Origin: Zootoca vivipara
Taxonomy: Eukaryota
Assembly: GCF_963506605.1 (NCBI RefSeq)
Contig: NC_083277.1
Span: 58,652,001-58,716,000, forward strand
Length of the DNA stretch: 64,000 bases
Reading direction: 5' to 3'
The translations under genes were made by a program, and so were the position numbers. Shown piece after piece: positions 38,096 to 49,077 of the stretch (position 1 is its first letter; every line of letters begins with the position of its first letter). The notes under the pieces are model-generated. The model searched no databases and had not been told where the DNA came from. It was given only the letters and a program-made list of their open reading frames with translations.

Positions 38096-39379
38096 ATGAG
38101 TGCGTCAGAGGCGGAGAAATGGCGGCAGATCGCAGAGAAAGCCCAACAGGACCTGCAGCAACTGGCGCTGCAGGCACAGGGGGAATTAAAGGCAGCTAAA
38201 GAAGAAACCAAGAAGGTCCAGGAGGACAGGCTACAACTTGCGGAACAGGTGAGAGCGCTTCAGGAAAAAGAGCAGCAATTAAGGGCGGTGGCGGTAGAGC
38301 TCCAAAACAAGTTGGATGCCGAGAAAAACAAGGCGGGAGGGGCCCCCCAACTCCAAGTGCTGCCAGGAAGGAGAGCGGGGACCCTAGTAAGCAAGTTCAA
38401 TGGAGACCCGAGGGAATATCATGGCTTTGAGACTGAGATCGTGTATGCTCTTGAGCTGCACCATGATGAGTTCCCTGATGATGAGCACAGGGTAGCGTTT
38501 ATTGTGGAACACCTTACAGGGGCAGCCAGGGAGTGGCTAAGACCGTTAATCGCGACAAAAAATCCTTGCATGAAGAATGTCAAACTATTTCTAGAGGCTT
38601 TAAAAACTATGTATGCGTCCGATAGCCATATGGACCAGACCAAGGAGGAACTGCATAATTTAAGGCAAAGAACAATGACAGTTCGCGAATATTGGGCGAG
38701 ATTCACCATGCTAGTGCACAGACTGGGGTGGGAACTGCACTCGCCTCCAATGGAAGCGGCGTTCTACCTGGGGTTGAATGAGGATGTGAAAGATGAGCTC
38801 TCGAGAGGTCCAAAGCCCAGTAATATGGATCAGCTGAGCAAAGCGGCTCTGGCGGTGGGGGTGAGACAGGAATCCCGGTGGAACGACAAGCAAGCAACGT
38901 GCGCAAAGCGGGCTTGGTTCCCACGGTCGCAGGAGAAGCCACTCCCCCAACAACCCTTCCAAGCCACGCCTGGGGCCAGCCAGGACCAGGAACCCATGCA
39001 AATTGATAGCGCGCGCGGGGGGGGGCTTTTCAAACCCCAGCGGCGACAAGACGCAAGGAGGGAAGGGGCGGGAATCGCTTTCTCTGCAACTCCCCCCAGC
39101 ATCTCGTCAGAGACTGCCCACATCGCAGAGAGTGGCAAGGAAAGGCGGGAACAGTTGTGCCCTCCCCCACTGACGCAGCACCACAGCAGGGAAACGGGAA
39201 AGCCTGGTTGCAGGAGACAAGGGGCAGCAGCCAGGCGCAGTCAGCAGACAACAGCCCCAGCCCGCCCACCCGCACAGCGCGGAGCAGAGCCAGCCCACCC
39301 CTCCCAGAGCAGGAGTGGTTCTAGAAGTGACGCTAACGCTCCCAAATGGCTATCCCCTGACGGTCCTCGCCTTAATTGA
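38096..39379 (+). CDS. gag: Gypsy Gag (retrotransposon capsid-like); frameshift at the G9 run 39017-39025 displaces a degenerate zinc knuckle
   Basis: FNGDPREY, LTGAAREW, LRQRTMTVREY, EPMQID. The knuckle (R)FLCNSPQHLVRDC lies in a different frame from 39076. Confidence 0.85.
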   Translation: MSASEAEKWRQIAEKAQQDLQQLALQAQGELKAAKEETKKVQEDRLQLAEQVRALQEKEQQLRAVAVELQNKLDAEKNKAGGAPQLQVLPGRRAGTLVSKFNGDPREYHGFETEIVYALELHHDEFPDDEHRVAFIVEHLTGAAREWLRPLIATKNPCMKNVKLFLEALKTMYASDSHMDQTKEELHNLRQRTMTVREYWARFTMLVHRLGWELHSPPMEAAFYLGLNEDVKDELSRGPKPSNMDQLSKAALAVGVRQESRWNDKQATCAKRAWFPRSQEKPLPQQPFQATPGASQDQEPMQIDSARGGGLFKPQRRQDARREGAGIAFSATPPSISSETAHIAESGKERREQLCPPPLTQHHSRETGKPGCRRQGAAARRSQQTTAPARPPAQRGAEPAHPSQSRSGSRSDANAPKWLSPDGPRLN

Positions 39380-42300
39380 CAGTGGTGCATCAGCCAACTT
39401 CTTCTCGAGAAACTTTGCAGAGGAGCACCAGATCCAGCTTCTGCAGCTGGACTTTCCCCTGCACGTAGCCACCATTGACGGCAGGGAGTTGCTGGGAGGG
39501 GCCATCACTCATCAACCCCCCCCCATGAGAATGACGGTGGGAAGGCACTCAGAGACACTGGCATTCAACGTCACCACCATCTCAGACCCCCCCATCGTCT
39601 TGGGCATGAGCTGGCTGGCGCGCCACGACCCCTCCATCAGTTGGCACCAGAGATGCATCACATTTGGGTCGGACTTTTGTCTGGAACATTGCATGCAGCA
39701 CCAACCAGGGGAGGGGCCTCCAATAGCCACGGTGGCCACCATGCACGTCAAGGGGGGTGAGGCGATACCCAAACCATACTGGGACCTGCAGGAGGTCTTC
39801 AGCGAAGCGGAGTCCGACCACCTACCCCCACACAGGTCTTTTGACTGCCAGATCAACCTGGTGCCAGGGGCAATGATACCCCCAGCCAAGCTGTACGCCA
39901 TGTCAGATCAGGAACTGGAGGATCTGCGTGCGTTTATAGACAAGAACCTCAAACGGGGGTTCATCAGAGAAAGCAAGGCAGCAGGGGGCAGCCCGGTCTT
40001 CTGGGTGGACAAGAAAGACACGCAACAGCGCCGTCTTGTGGTGGATTTTAGACGGCTCAATTCAGTGACAGAGCCAGTGGCTTTCCCCATGCCCAGAGTG
40101 GACGATCTCCTGACAGCGGCACGCAGGGGCAAGATTTTCACCAAGCTAGACCTGAGGGGGGTGTACAACTTGATCAGAATCCGGGAAGGCGATGAGTGGA
40201 AGACCACGATGTTCACGCCTCTGGGCTCTTTTGAATATCTGGTGATGCCCTTCGGGTTGCAAGGGGGCTCAGCATGCTTCCAGGCCTTCATGCACCACGT
40301 CCTGGGGTCCCTCCTCTTCAAGAACTGCTTGGTCTTCCTGGATGACATCCTTATCTATTCCAATGACCCAGTGCAACATGTGAAGGATGTCAGGGAGGTG
40401 TTGCAGCGCCTGAAGGAGAACCACCTGTATGTGAAGCTGGAGAAGTGCAAGTTTCACACCAGGGAAGTAGACTTCCTGGGCTACAAACTGTCAGACAAGG
40501 GGCTGGCGATGGACAAGGACAAGGTGCAGGCCATCCTGGACTGGCACAGCCCCAGGACGCGCAAAGATGCCCAACGCCTCCTAGGCTTCGCCAACTTCTA
40601 CAGGAAATTCATCAAGAACTTCTCACGTGTTACGGCTCCCATCACGGACTGCCTGAGAGGCAAGCAGAAGTTCAGGTGGACCCCAGAGGCGCAAGCAGCG
40701 TTCGAAAGCCTCAAGAGGGTGTTCGCTTCAGACCAAAACCTGTTCCACGTGGTGCAAGATGCGCCCCTACGCGTGGAAACAGACGCTTCAGACAGGGCTT
40801 TGGGAGCGATCCTGTTGCAACTGGACGCCAACAGAGAGTGGAGACCTTGTGCCTTCTTCTCCAGGAAGCTGACCCAGCCGGAGCGCAACTACACGGTGTT
40901 TGATAGGGAACTGCTTGCGATCCACGCTGCTTTCCAGCACTGGCGACACTTCCTGGTGGGCGCCAAGCACCCCATCCAGGTGTGCACAGACCACAAGAAC
41001 CTGGAGTTCTGGAGAACAGCCAGGGTGCTCAACCAGCGGCAGATACGGTGGGCAGAGTTCTTCTCGAACTTCAACTTCTCCATCCACTACATCCCGGGGG
41101 AGCAGAATGTCAGGGCGGATGCCCTCTCCCGCAAACCAGAGTACATGGAGCAGGAGTTGCCACCAGCACCCAGGCACATTTTCCCCCCATCAGCATGGTC
41201 CTGCGGAGCAGCAGTGGTGAGCGAGGCAGAACTCACAGCACTGACAGCAGCTGATGAGTTTGCCACCCGCATCTTCAGAGAACTGAGAGGGGGGAGGGAG
41301 CAGGCAAAAGACTTTGCAGAACGCAGGGGGCTGCTTTTCTACAAGGGGGCACTGTACCTGCCCACCACCCAGCTTAGACGTAAGGTCCTCAAGCAGATGC
41401 ACGACAACCCGACGGCGGGTCATTTTGGAAGGGACAAAACCGCTCACCTAGTCATGAGACACTTCTGGTGGCCAGGGGTGCGGGAAGATGTTAGAGACTA
41501 TGTACGGGGCTGTGACACCTGCCAGCGAGCAAAGGTGGTCAGAGCGCCACCAGCAGGTTTGCTGGAGCCATTAGCCACACCGCACAGGCCGTGGGAAGTA
41601 GTGTCCATGGACTTCATCACAGACCTGCCGTCGTCCAGGGGCAAGACCGCAGTGTTGGTGGTGGTGGACCTTATGTCCAAAATGTGCCACTTTATACCGT
41701 GTGCCAGGGCGGTCTCTGCAGAAGAGACAGCCAAACTGTTTGTTGACCACGTATTCAGACTGCATGGATTACCTTTAAGGGTTATTTCGGATCGTGGCCG
41801 CCAATTTGTTTCCAGGTTCTGGAGGCGGCTCATGAACCTCCTGCAGGTGGAGGTCAGCTTATCGACGGCGAGACACCCGCAGACCAACGGACAGGCGGAG
41901 AGGGTCAACGCCATTCTGCAGCGGTACCTAAGATGCTACGTCAGCCAGAGACAAACGGACTGGGTGGATCGCCTGCCACTGGCGGAATTTGCCTACAATA
42001 ATGCAGTGCACGTCTCCACAGGGGTGTCGCCCTTTAAGGCCAATTATGGGCGCGACCTCAGATCTTTCCCGGAGAGGGAGGGGGAGGAGGAGGAGGAGGG
42101 CCCACTGGCAGAGGATTGGGCAGAGGAACTGGAGACGGTGCACCAGCAGCTCCGAGAACACTTGGAGAGGGCCAAGGAAGCGTACAAGAAGGGGGCAGAT
42201 CACCACAGGCGACAAGGGGAGGTCATCAGGGTGGGGGACAAGGTTTGGTTGTCCTCGGAGGGCCTTCCCATTAGAGGGAGGTGCAAAAAGCTGGCGCCCA

Positions 42301-42740
42301 GACGGCTGGGCCCCTTCAAGGTCACGCAACAGGTCAATCCGGTGGCCTTCAGATTGGCACTACCAGAGGACATGAGGGTGCATCCAGTGTTTCATAGATC
42401 ACTGCTGTCGCCGTACAGGGAAAGCAGCAGGCTCCGAGACAGCGAACAAACCCCCGAGGGAGGGGGGGAGAGGGAAGGCAGGGAGCAACTCAATGAGGCC
42501 ACGGCCATTCTTGATTCACGGAGAGGGGTGGGGGGCCTGGAGTACCTCATGGCATGGGAGGATGCTCCACCGTCACAGAATCAATGGGTCCCAGCCACTC
42601 AGATACGGGAGGAATTCTTGGTGGAAGAATTTCACGCCCTCTTTCCCCACAAACCCAAGCCCTGGCACATGGAAAGGGAGGGGGGAGGGGGAGGAAGTAC
42701 TGGAGAGCAGTTCACCATGGGGATGGGAAGCGGAGTTTGA
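39189..42740 (+). CDS. pol: Gypsy Pol: protease, RT, RNase H, integrase, chromodomain
   Basis: LIDSGA, FLDDILIY, ETDAS, TDHKNL, HHCC finger (HDNPTAGH...CDTC), SMDF/SDRG/QAER DDE triad, HPVFH and chromodomain ILDSR...EYLMAW...NQWVP. The frame is open from the slippery site at 39189. Confidence 0.95.
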   Translation, partial: GKRESLVAGDKGQQPGAVSRQQPQPAHPHSAEQSQPTPPRAGVVLEVTLTLPNGYPLTVLALIDSGASANFFSRNFAEEHQIQLLQLDFPLHVATIDGRELLGGAITHQPPPMRMTVGRHSETLAFNVTTISDPPIVLGMSWLARHDPSISWHQRCITFGSDFCLEHCMQHQPGEGPPIATVATMHVKGGEAIPKPYWDLQEVFSEAESDHLPPHRSFDCQINLVPGAMIPPAKLYAMSDQELEDLRAFIDKNLKRGFIRESKAAGGSPVFWVDKKDTQQRRLVVDFRRLNSVTEPVAFPMPRVDDLLTAARRGKIFTKLDLRGVYNLIRIREGDEWKTTMFTPLGSFEYLVMPFGLQGGSACFQAFMHHVLGSLLFKNCLVFLDDILIYSNDPVQHVKDVREVLQRLKENHLYVKLEKCKFHTREVDFLGYKLSDKGLAMDKDKVQAILDWHSPRTRKDAQRLLGFANFYRKFIKNFSRVTAPITDCLRGKQKFRWTPEAQAAFESLKRVFASDQNLFHVVQDAPLRVETDASDRALGAILLQLDANREWRPCAFFSRKLTQPERNYTVFDRELLAIHAAFQHWRHFLVGAKHPIQVCTDHKNLEFWRTARVLNQRQIRWAEFFSNFNFSIHYIPGEQNVRADALSRKPEYMEQELPPAPRHIFPPSAWSCGAAVVSEAELTALTAADEFATRIFRELRGGREQAKDFAERRGLLFYKGALYLPTTQLRRKVLKQMHDNPTAGHFGRDKTAHLVMRHFWWPGVREDVRDYVRGCDTCQRAKVVRAPPAGLLEPLATPHRPWEVVSMDFITDLPSSRGKTAVLVVVDLMSKMCHFIPCARAVSAEETAKLFVDHVFRLHGLPLRVISDRGRQFVSRFWRRLMNLLQVEVSLSTARHPQTNGQAERVNAILQRYLRCYVSQRQTDWVDRLPLAEFAYNNAVHVSTGVSPFKANYGRDLRSFPEREGEEEEEGPLAEDWAEELETVHQQLREHLERAKEAYKKGADHHRRQGEVIRVGDKVWLSSEGLPIRGRCKKLAPRRLGPFKVTQQVNPVAFRLALPEDMRVHPVFHRSLLSPYRESSRLRDSEQTPEGGGEREGREQLNEATAILDSRRGVGGLEYLMAWEDAPPSQNQWVPATQIREEFLVEEFHALFPHKPKPWHMEREGGGGGSTGEQFTMGMGSGV

Positions 42741-43734
42741 GGAACCAGAGGAAGAAGTATGGGCGTCGCCGAGATCCACCCAGTCAGAGGAAGAAGCAGA
42801 CTGGCAGCACATTTTTACCCCCACCAGCTCTGACGCCACGGACTTTTTGGGATTCCAGTCCTCCCAGGCGGAAGGGGGGGGCTCGCAGGACTGGGGGGAG
42901 GTGTTCACACCAACGGGCTCGGAAAGTACTGAGTTCTTAGGCTTCCAGTCGTCACCGACACCTGGGGGGGGACCTGGGGAGGGGAGAAGGGGAGCTTGGG
43001 AGGGGGGTGGATGTGAGGGACAGGGGATATCGCGAAGTCCCTCCCCTCCTGAGTTCAAGCCCATCCCCGAGCACAGGGGAAAGCAGAGAGAGTTCCGATT
43101 CCAGTGGGGAAGCAGGAAGTCGTGTCCGAGGCTCAGGCAAGGTAGCGGAGCCAGGGTCCCAGGTGGGACAGGAAGGGGCAAATAAGGGGGGAGACCCATC
43201 CCCCCAACTCCGGAATTGCGCAGAAAGCGGAGGGGAAAGAGGATGGGTCTACCCAAGCTTTTGTGTTGGAGAAAGACGCGCCAAAAGCCATTCGGAGGTT
43301 CTGAACCCGACTGAGCACATAGCTCCGTGTAAGTAGCAATGACTTCAGCACTGTAAATAAGCAGCACCAATAAAAGAATAAAATGCAGAGCTGTGTAGAG
43401 TCGTTACTCTGAAGTAGCCCACTCCGGCCACTGTGACAGGGCCTTATGGATTCATTAGCAATACGCTGCATCATATTTTGGCACATTTGCAAGAAGCAGG
43501 GAATACATAAGCAAAGAAGCAATAAGATAATAATAGGTCCTAAGAACATCATTAACAAACCCTTGAGCCATGCCGACCCGGGGAATATGCCATTTAGCCA
43601 TGACATGTCCCATCTGTAGGTGTGACTCCTCAGTTCTGAAGCTTTGCACTATGATGGTTGCATTGTCCTTCTTTTTAAAAGGATCAAGATCTTTCCAAAC
43701 CACTGTGATCTCAATAGAATGAATATTGCTACAA

Positions 43735-44300
43735 AAGTCGAGTGCCTGACCCTCTCTCTGCGGAGTGGGGGCAAAAGCCCATGGGGTCACAGGTACCCAC
43801 ACAGGGTCTATGATTCTTTGGAGAATTGAGGTTGCGGTGGAGACTGTCGTGGCTTTAAGAAATATGGTTTATTAAGCTATGTGCACCTTCAATCTGCATG
43901 GAGGGAGTCCAGATCTTACAGTTAGGGTCCTTCCAAAAGGGGCTTGTACCACACACAGCAGCGAAGGCAGCCATCTGCCAACCTTCCCAAGATGGATCCC
44001 AGCTCTTTTTCCTGCTTCTTATTCCCAGCAACCTTTGCTCCCAGACTCCCTCTTCCTGTCACCTCAAACACACACTCCACCTCCTTGGTAACATCCACAT
44101 CGTGGATTCCTCCACAATGACCCATCAACGCCTTTTGTCATGTTAACAAGTTTGCTCTCTACTAAGCCAACCAGGCTGGTTTGGATAAGCCAGTCCAGGA
44201 ATTCTCTGCCCGGCAGCTTGTATTTTAATCCATATCCCAATTAATCAAAATCCTAACATATATTCTTTTCTAGGGTTTAGGGGGGTCCCCCCTTAAATCT
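43735..44300 (-). mobile_element. Probable degenerate LTR-like repeat (paralog at about 51245-51810)
   Basis: LTR-like composition with AATAAACCATAT on the minus strand; ends not defined. Confidence 0.35.
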
Positions 44301-45254
44301 ATGGCAATATGCTGCTTCAAAGAGAATCAGAAAAATGGGGAAGATAGTGTTGGGGCAATACTCTGAGCATTGGAAGTGTGGTTTAAAGAGAACATAAGAA
44401 TACCCCTGCTGGATCGTGCCCATGTCTCATCTGTCCCAGCATCATGTTCTCACAGCTGACAACCAGATGCCTATGGGATGCCTGCAAGCAGCACCTGAGG
44501 GCAAAAACACTGGACCCGTCTGCTGTTTTCCCAGTATCTTGTATTCAGAAGAAAATTGCCTCAAACAATGGAAATCCAAGATGCTCAAGCCACACATTCA
44601 TGGCTTGTTTTCTCTTATCACTAAACCTTGTTTTCTCTGTGCTTGTTTTCCACTTCTGTGGTTTTCAAATAATTAAAGATAATAGTGCGTTTGACGTATA
44701 TAACGTGTTTGTATTGCTTTCCAGGACAACCTTTACAATACCTTTTTTTTGTTTTATAGCTTACATGTTGAACAAGTAAGGCTCGTTCCATAGGTTTTCA
44801 TGATAGCCACATCTAAACTCCCCACCCCCGGAATATATTTATATCTGAAATCAGTGTTGGCTAGGAGTCCATGTAATGAATTGTTATTTCTTGGCGAATA
44901 AAATATGGCATGCAATTTATCACTGGAGTCTTTTTTCAGCCTTGTTTTGCCTTATGATCAAGACAAGCTACTTTGCATGCAACTTCCTAAGCTACTGGTT
45001 ACCACATATCTCTCGCATGACCCTTTTTCTGCACAGGAAGGGAACTGTTATGCATCACATTGCTGCCCTCTGTAATGTCCTATTTCCACATGTAAATATT
45101 TCTTGAGACTGGGAGATTTCATCATTGGGGCCACAGAGACTTCTATATATTCAGGGGAGGAGTCCAGACCTCACTGCAGGCAGTGAAATCTGAGAAGCAT
45201 CTACTGCTTGGAGAGCACTAAGAGGCAGACAGAACTAAACCCATCAGCAGCATC

Positions 45255-46328
45255 ATGAAGCCAGGCAGCTTTCTCCTCCTCACTCTGATGGTCTTCTTTT
45301 TGTACTCAGGTGAGTCATATTTCATATTGCAAAAGTTCTCTTTCTCGGAGAGGTGTAGGGACCAAACAATCCATGGACTAGCCATGTCTTCAAATGAGTG
45401 TAGGAAGGCTCCGCCTGTATTGACTAAATCCAGTTAAAATCTCTCTGCAGACCTTGGTGTTTGATGTCTGAAAGTTAAAGGAAGGAGGGGACATTGTTAT
45501 TAAGCATAGGGACACTGGCGGCAGGGACACACATCTCCCCAAAACACACAAACAAACAAACAAACACACACTTGAGCCTTTCCCACATTCTTTTGAACAC
45601 TGAAACATTTCTGTTCTCAAGATTCCTCCTATATGAAATTATACATGCCAGGAAGAAGCAGAATGAATGTCCTGCTATGTGAGATTTACTCTATCAAATA
45701 AAGATACTCTACACCAGGGCTCTACATTGCAGAATACGCCCACCACTTTTCACACAATAGGAGCCTTTTTGAAAGCTGAGGCTCAAAACACTAATGCCCC
45801 CTAAAGCTACCACCACCACGCACCCTCCTTTCTTCATGGTCTCCCCGTGGCTCTTGTGACATAAAAAGTTGACTTAGCCATGATTCTAAACACACAAAGC
45901 ACCACAGTCGGGCATTCAAGGGAAATCAATAGACCTGAGTCCCAGTTAGTTATGGACCAAACCAGTTTATACAGTTATTTATATTTAGTATAGTTAATTG
46001 ACTTAACCATTTTCCATTGATTTGATTGTCTTCCTATGCATGCTCAGTGACATTTAAAGGAAAGTGTCATGTTGCTAAGGCACTTTTAGGATAACATAGG
46101 ATGTAAAAGATACAATGCATCTCACTTTTCAGTTCCTAGAAAGAAATGTTATCAAATGGACTATTGTTCAACATATGAATTTGCGGAATAATTTTTACAT
46201 TTTCTGCGTTTTGCATCTAGATGTTGTTGTTAAAGCAACATGGGAAGCGGTAAGTGGGACATCATTTATTGTTATGATAGAACATGGAAGTAGCATAAGT
46301 GAATTTATATTTCTTATGAAATGTTTAA

Positions 46329-46390
<62 letters not shown>

Positions 46391-48537
46391 TAATATGGAA
46401 TTTAAAACACAGGCAACAAAAACACATCTACACAAATATAACATAAAAAGCTGGATTTTTCCCATGATTTCACATGTCTAGTCCCATTCCTTTTTTAAAA
46501 AGTCAGTGGTATTATTATTAGTTCCAGCTGCTACTCACAATTTGTAAGAAAGTCTCAGCTTTTGGTCTGTAGTAGCCTAATGGGGCTATTCTATTATTAC
46601 TAGACAGATTGCCCAACCTTCCAGGCATATTATTTAGTCACTGTTTTATGAATCCAGGCACTCACTGTGTTTTTTTCATAAATAAAATTTTGTTTCACAG
46701 TGTGAAAAACTTTGTACCTGTTCTAACCCTGCAATATTTTTAACTTTAAAGGTGTCTTGTATGAAATCCCTGCCACCAACCATCTATAATTTGACAGGTT
46801 TAAGACCCCGAAATGGGGCCTTAACCATGTCACCAAATCACATGCCCCAAGTGGGAACTTGGGATGAATAGAGACCAACATTATCACGCAATTCACTGCT
46901 TGCCAGGACAATAAATCAGCATTTCCTGTGCTTGGATGCACGCCTTAATATAACACTTGGTGTATTCCTCATCTGTCCCTCATTATTAGGCATGTCATAA
47001 TCAGAAAGGCCTTGCAGTCCAAAGGTTAAGTGGGGAGGACCTTTAAAAGTGTTGTGTTCTTCGTCTTCAGGAATATTGCAAACATCATCCAAACCCAGCA
47101 TGCATCTTCGAGAAACGTCCCCACTGCGGTTCTGATGGCAATACCTATGGCAACCAGTGTGACTTCTGCAATGCATATTTGTGAGTACATCATAGAATCA
47201 CAGAGTTGGAAGGGACCCCGAGAGTCATGTAGTCCAACCTCGTGCAGTGCAGGAATCTTTTTTCCACCTCAGACATCTTTATTGGAAGTTTAAAAGTACA
47301 TGATTATATTTGCACTAAGCATGGTGAGATGTAAATAGAAGAAAGGAAAAGAAAAAGAGAATCAACCCCCATGTAGATGGAAAAGTCAAGGGTGGGGAAC
47401 CCCTTTCCTGGGCAGTGCAGGAATCATTGTGCACAATGTGGGGTGCTAACCCATGACCCTGAGTTTTGTGTTGCTAATGAGGCCCGAATGAAGATGATGA
47501 ATAGAGCTAATCTGTGGGTAGCCCTGAATTTTAAGATGAAGTGGGTTGGGAGGGCTATTCACATGCACCACCCTCCTGACACTCTTGTTGCTGCTTCTAA
47601 GAGCGATCCAGGGGGGCAGGCAGGGAAAGTATGCCCAAATGGGCTCTATCACCATCCCACCAGGCCAGACTCAAAGCAAAAGGTAGTAGGGTTGGCTCAG
47701 AAGAATAATAATAAAAAGCCCCATCAGGGAATTAGGGGATAGTAAGCACCATGGTCTAAACCACAGAGCCTAAGACTTGCTAATCAGAAGGTTGGCGGTT
47801 TGAATCCCTGCGACAGAGTGAGCTCCCATTGCTCGGTCCCTGCTCCTGCCAACCTAGCAGTTCGAAAGCACGTCAAAGTGCAAGTAGATAAATAGGTACT
47901 GCTGCGGCTGGAAGGTAAACGGCGTTTCCATGCACTGCTCTGGTTCACCAGAAGCAGCTTAGTCATGCTGGCCACATGACCCGGAAGCTGTCTGCGGATA
48001 AACGCCGGCTCCCTCAGCCAGTAAAGAGAGATGAGCACCGCAACCCCAGAGTCCTCCACGACTGGACCTGACGGTCAGGGGTCCCTTTGCCTTTACATTT
48101 AAGAACATTATTATGAAGGTAACAAAGGCCTACACTAGGTGTTGCCTTAATGTGGACCTTGGAATTGCTCTAGGTAGAAGTCTGAATATTTACTCCTAGA
48201 GAAGTTTGACACAGACATACAATGAGGGCTAGAGAAGAGGGATCTTCCACAAAGTGGTAGACTGAAAAGGACATTGGTCCCTCTTGCTCAATATTGGCTA
48301 GGCTGACAGGAAGCAGTTTTCCAGGGTCTCAGACAGGATTCTTCCTCAGCCCTTTCCCCAAGACACAGAGCAAAGATGGTCTTAGCTTTCCCATCTATAC
48401 AGTACTTCTCTTTAAGGAGTTATAATGAAAGTTGTATCTTATGAATTCTCACCTTTATTTCCTTCTTTTTTCTCATCAGTGAAAGTAAAAGAACGCTGAA
48501 ACTGAATTACTATGGAAAATGCATAATGAAAGTTTAA
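45255..48537 (+). CDS. Single-domain Kazal inhibitor gene B (SPINK-like), 83 aa, P1 Phe
   Basis: Exons 45255-45309, 46221-46249, 47071-47180, 48480-48537 give [83 protein letters not shown]. Canonical splice sites; AATAAA at 48687. Confidence 0.92.
47750..48100 (+). mobile_element. Sauria SINE in intron 3 of gene B
   Basis: B-box-like GGTTTGAATCCC, Sauria SINE body and cctttgcctttac tail; absent from gene A at about 33985. Confidence 0.88.
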
Positions 48538-48941
48538 GATGCACAAGACTAAGAAACATCTGCCAAGGAAGTCCCATTTCTAGTCAAGCTTCGCTCATTG
48601 CATCACTACCCAAAAAATTTCATTCTTCTCTTTGCTTATGCTTTGTGAGCCAGTGAATATCTCGCAACATCTTAATTTGGTTTATCAATAAATAAGCTCA
48701 GCAACAGTATCAAACTCTCCATACATTTATTTGTGTAATATCTATTCTTAAAAATATTATACGATTTGGACAATAGATTGGTGTTGAAGTTTGTTACTAA
48801 TAATGCACAATCAGGAAACTGAGTCAAACAATCAGCAGAATCTAATCCCTTTTGACTATGACATTACTGACTTCTGGCCATTGATTTCTGCAGATTAAAA
48901 AAACAAAGAAAATCTGTAGACAGTCAGGTGATTAGTTAGAG

Positions 48942-49077
48942 CAGGCATAGGCAACCATTGGCCCTCCAGATGTTTTGGCCTACAACTCCCATGATCCCTA
49001 GCTAACAGGACTAGTGGTCAGGGATGATTGGAAGTGTAGTCCAAAACATCTGGAGGGCCGAAGGTTGCCTATGCCTG
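48942..49077. mobile_element. hAT-type MITE
   Basis: TIRs CAGGCATAGGCAACC...GGTTGCCTATGCCTG, 8-bp TSD AGTTAGAG/AGTTAGAC; absent from units A and C. Confidence 0.85.

Larger units (their letters stand above)
37624..43438 (+). mobile_element. Full-length Ty3/Gypsy chromovirus (sushi/Tf1 group) LTR retrotransposon
   Basis: LTRs 37624-38052 and 43012-43438 (TG...CA) differ by 2 substitutions and a 2-nt G-run indel. TSD GGGCC; PPT before 43012; gag-pol with PR, RT, RH, IN and chromodomain. Confidence 0.97.
37340..43620 (-). mobile_element. ERV relic (env TM/cytoplasmic tail, PPT, LTR start) split by the Gypsy insertion
   Basis: Joining 43620-43439 to 37618-37571 across the TSD gives SWLNGIFPGSAWLKGLLMMFLGPIIILLLLCLCIPCFLQMCQNMMQRIANESIRPRILALQNINPYPWTS*. 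PPT AAAAGAAAAGCAGGGAA (37560-37544) is followed by a TG-starting LTR at 37543. The far LTR boundary is uncertain. Confidence 0.7.

Noticed and set aside
39500-42400. Many overlapping antisense and alternate-frame ORFs
   Set aside because: Shadow ORFs of the GC-rich pol gene with no independent motifs.
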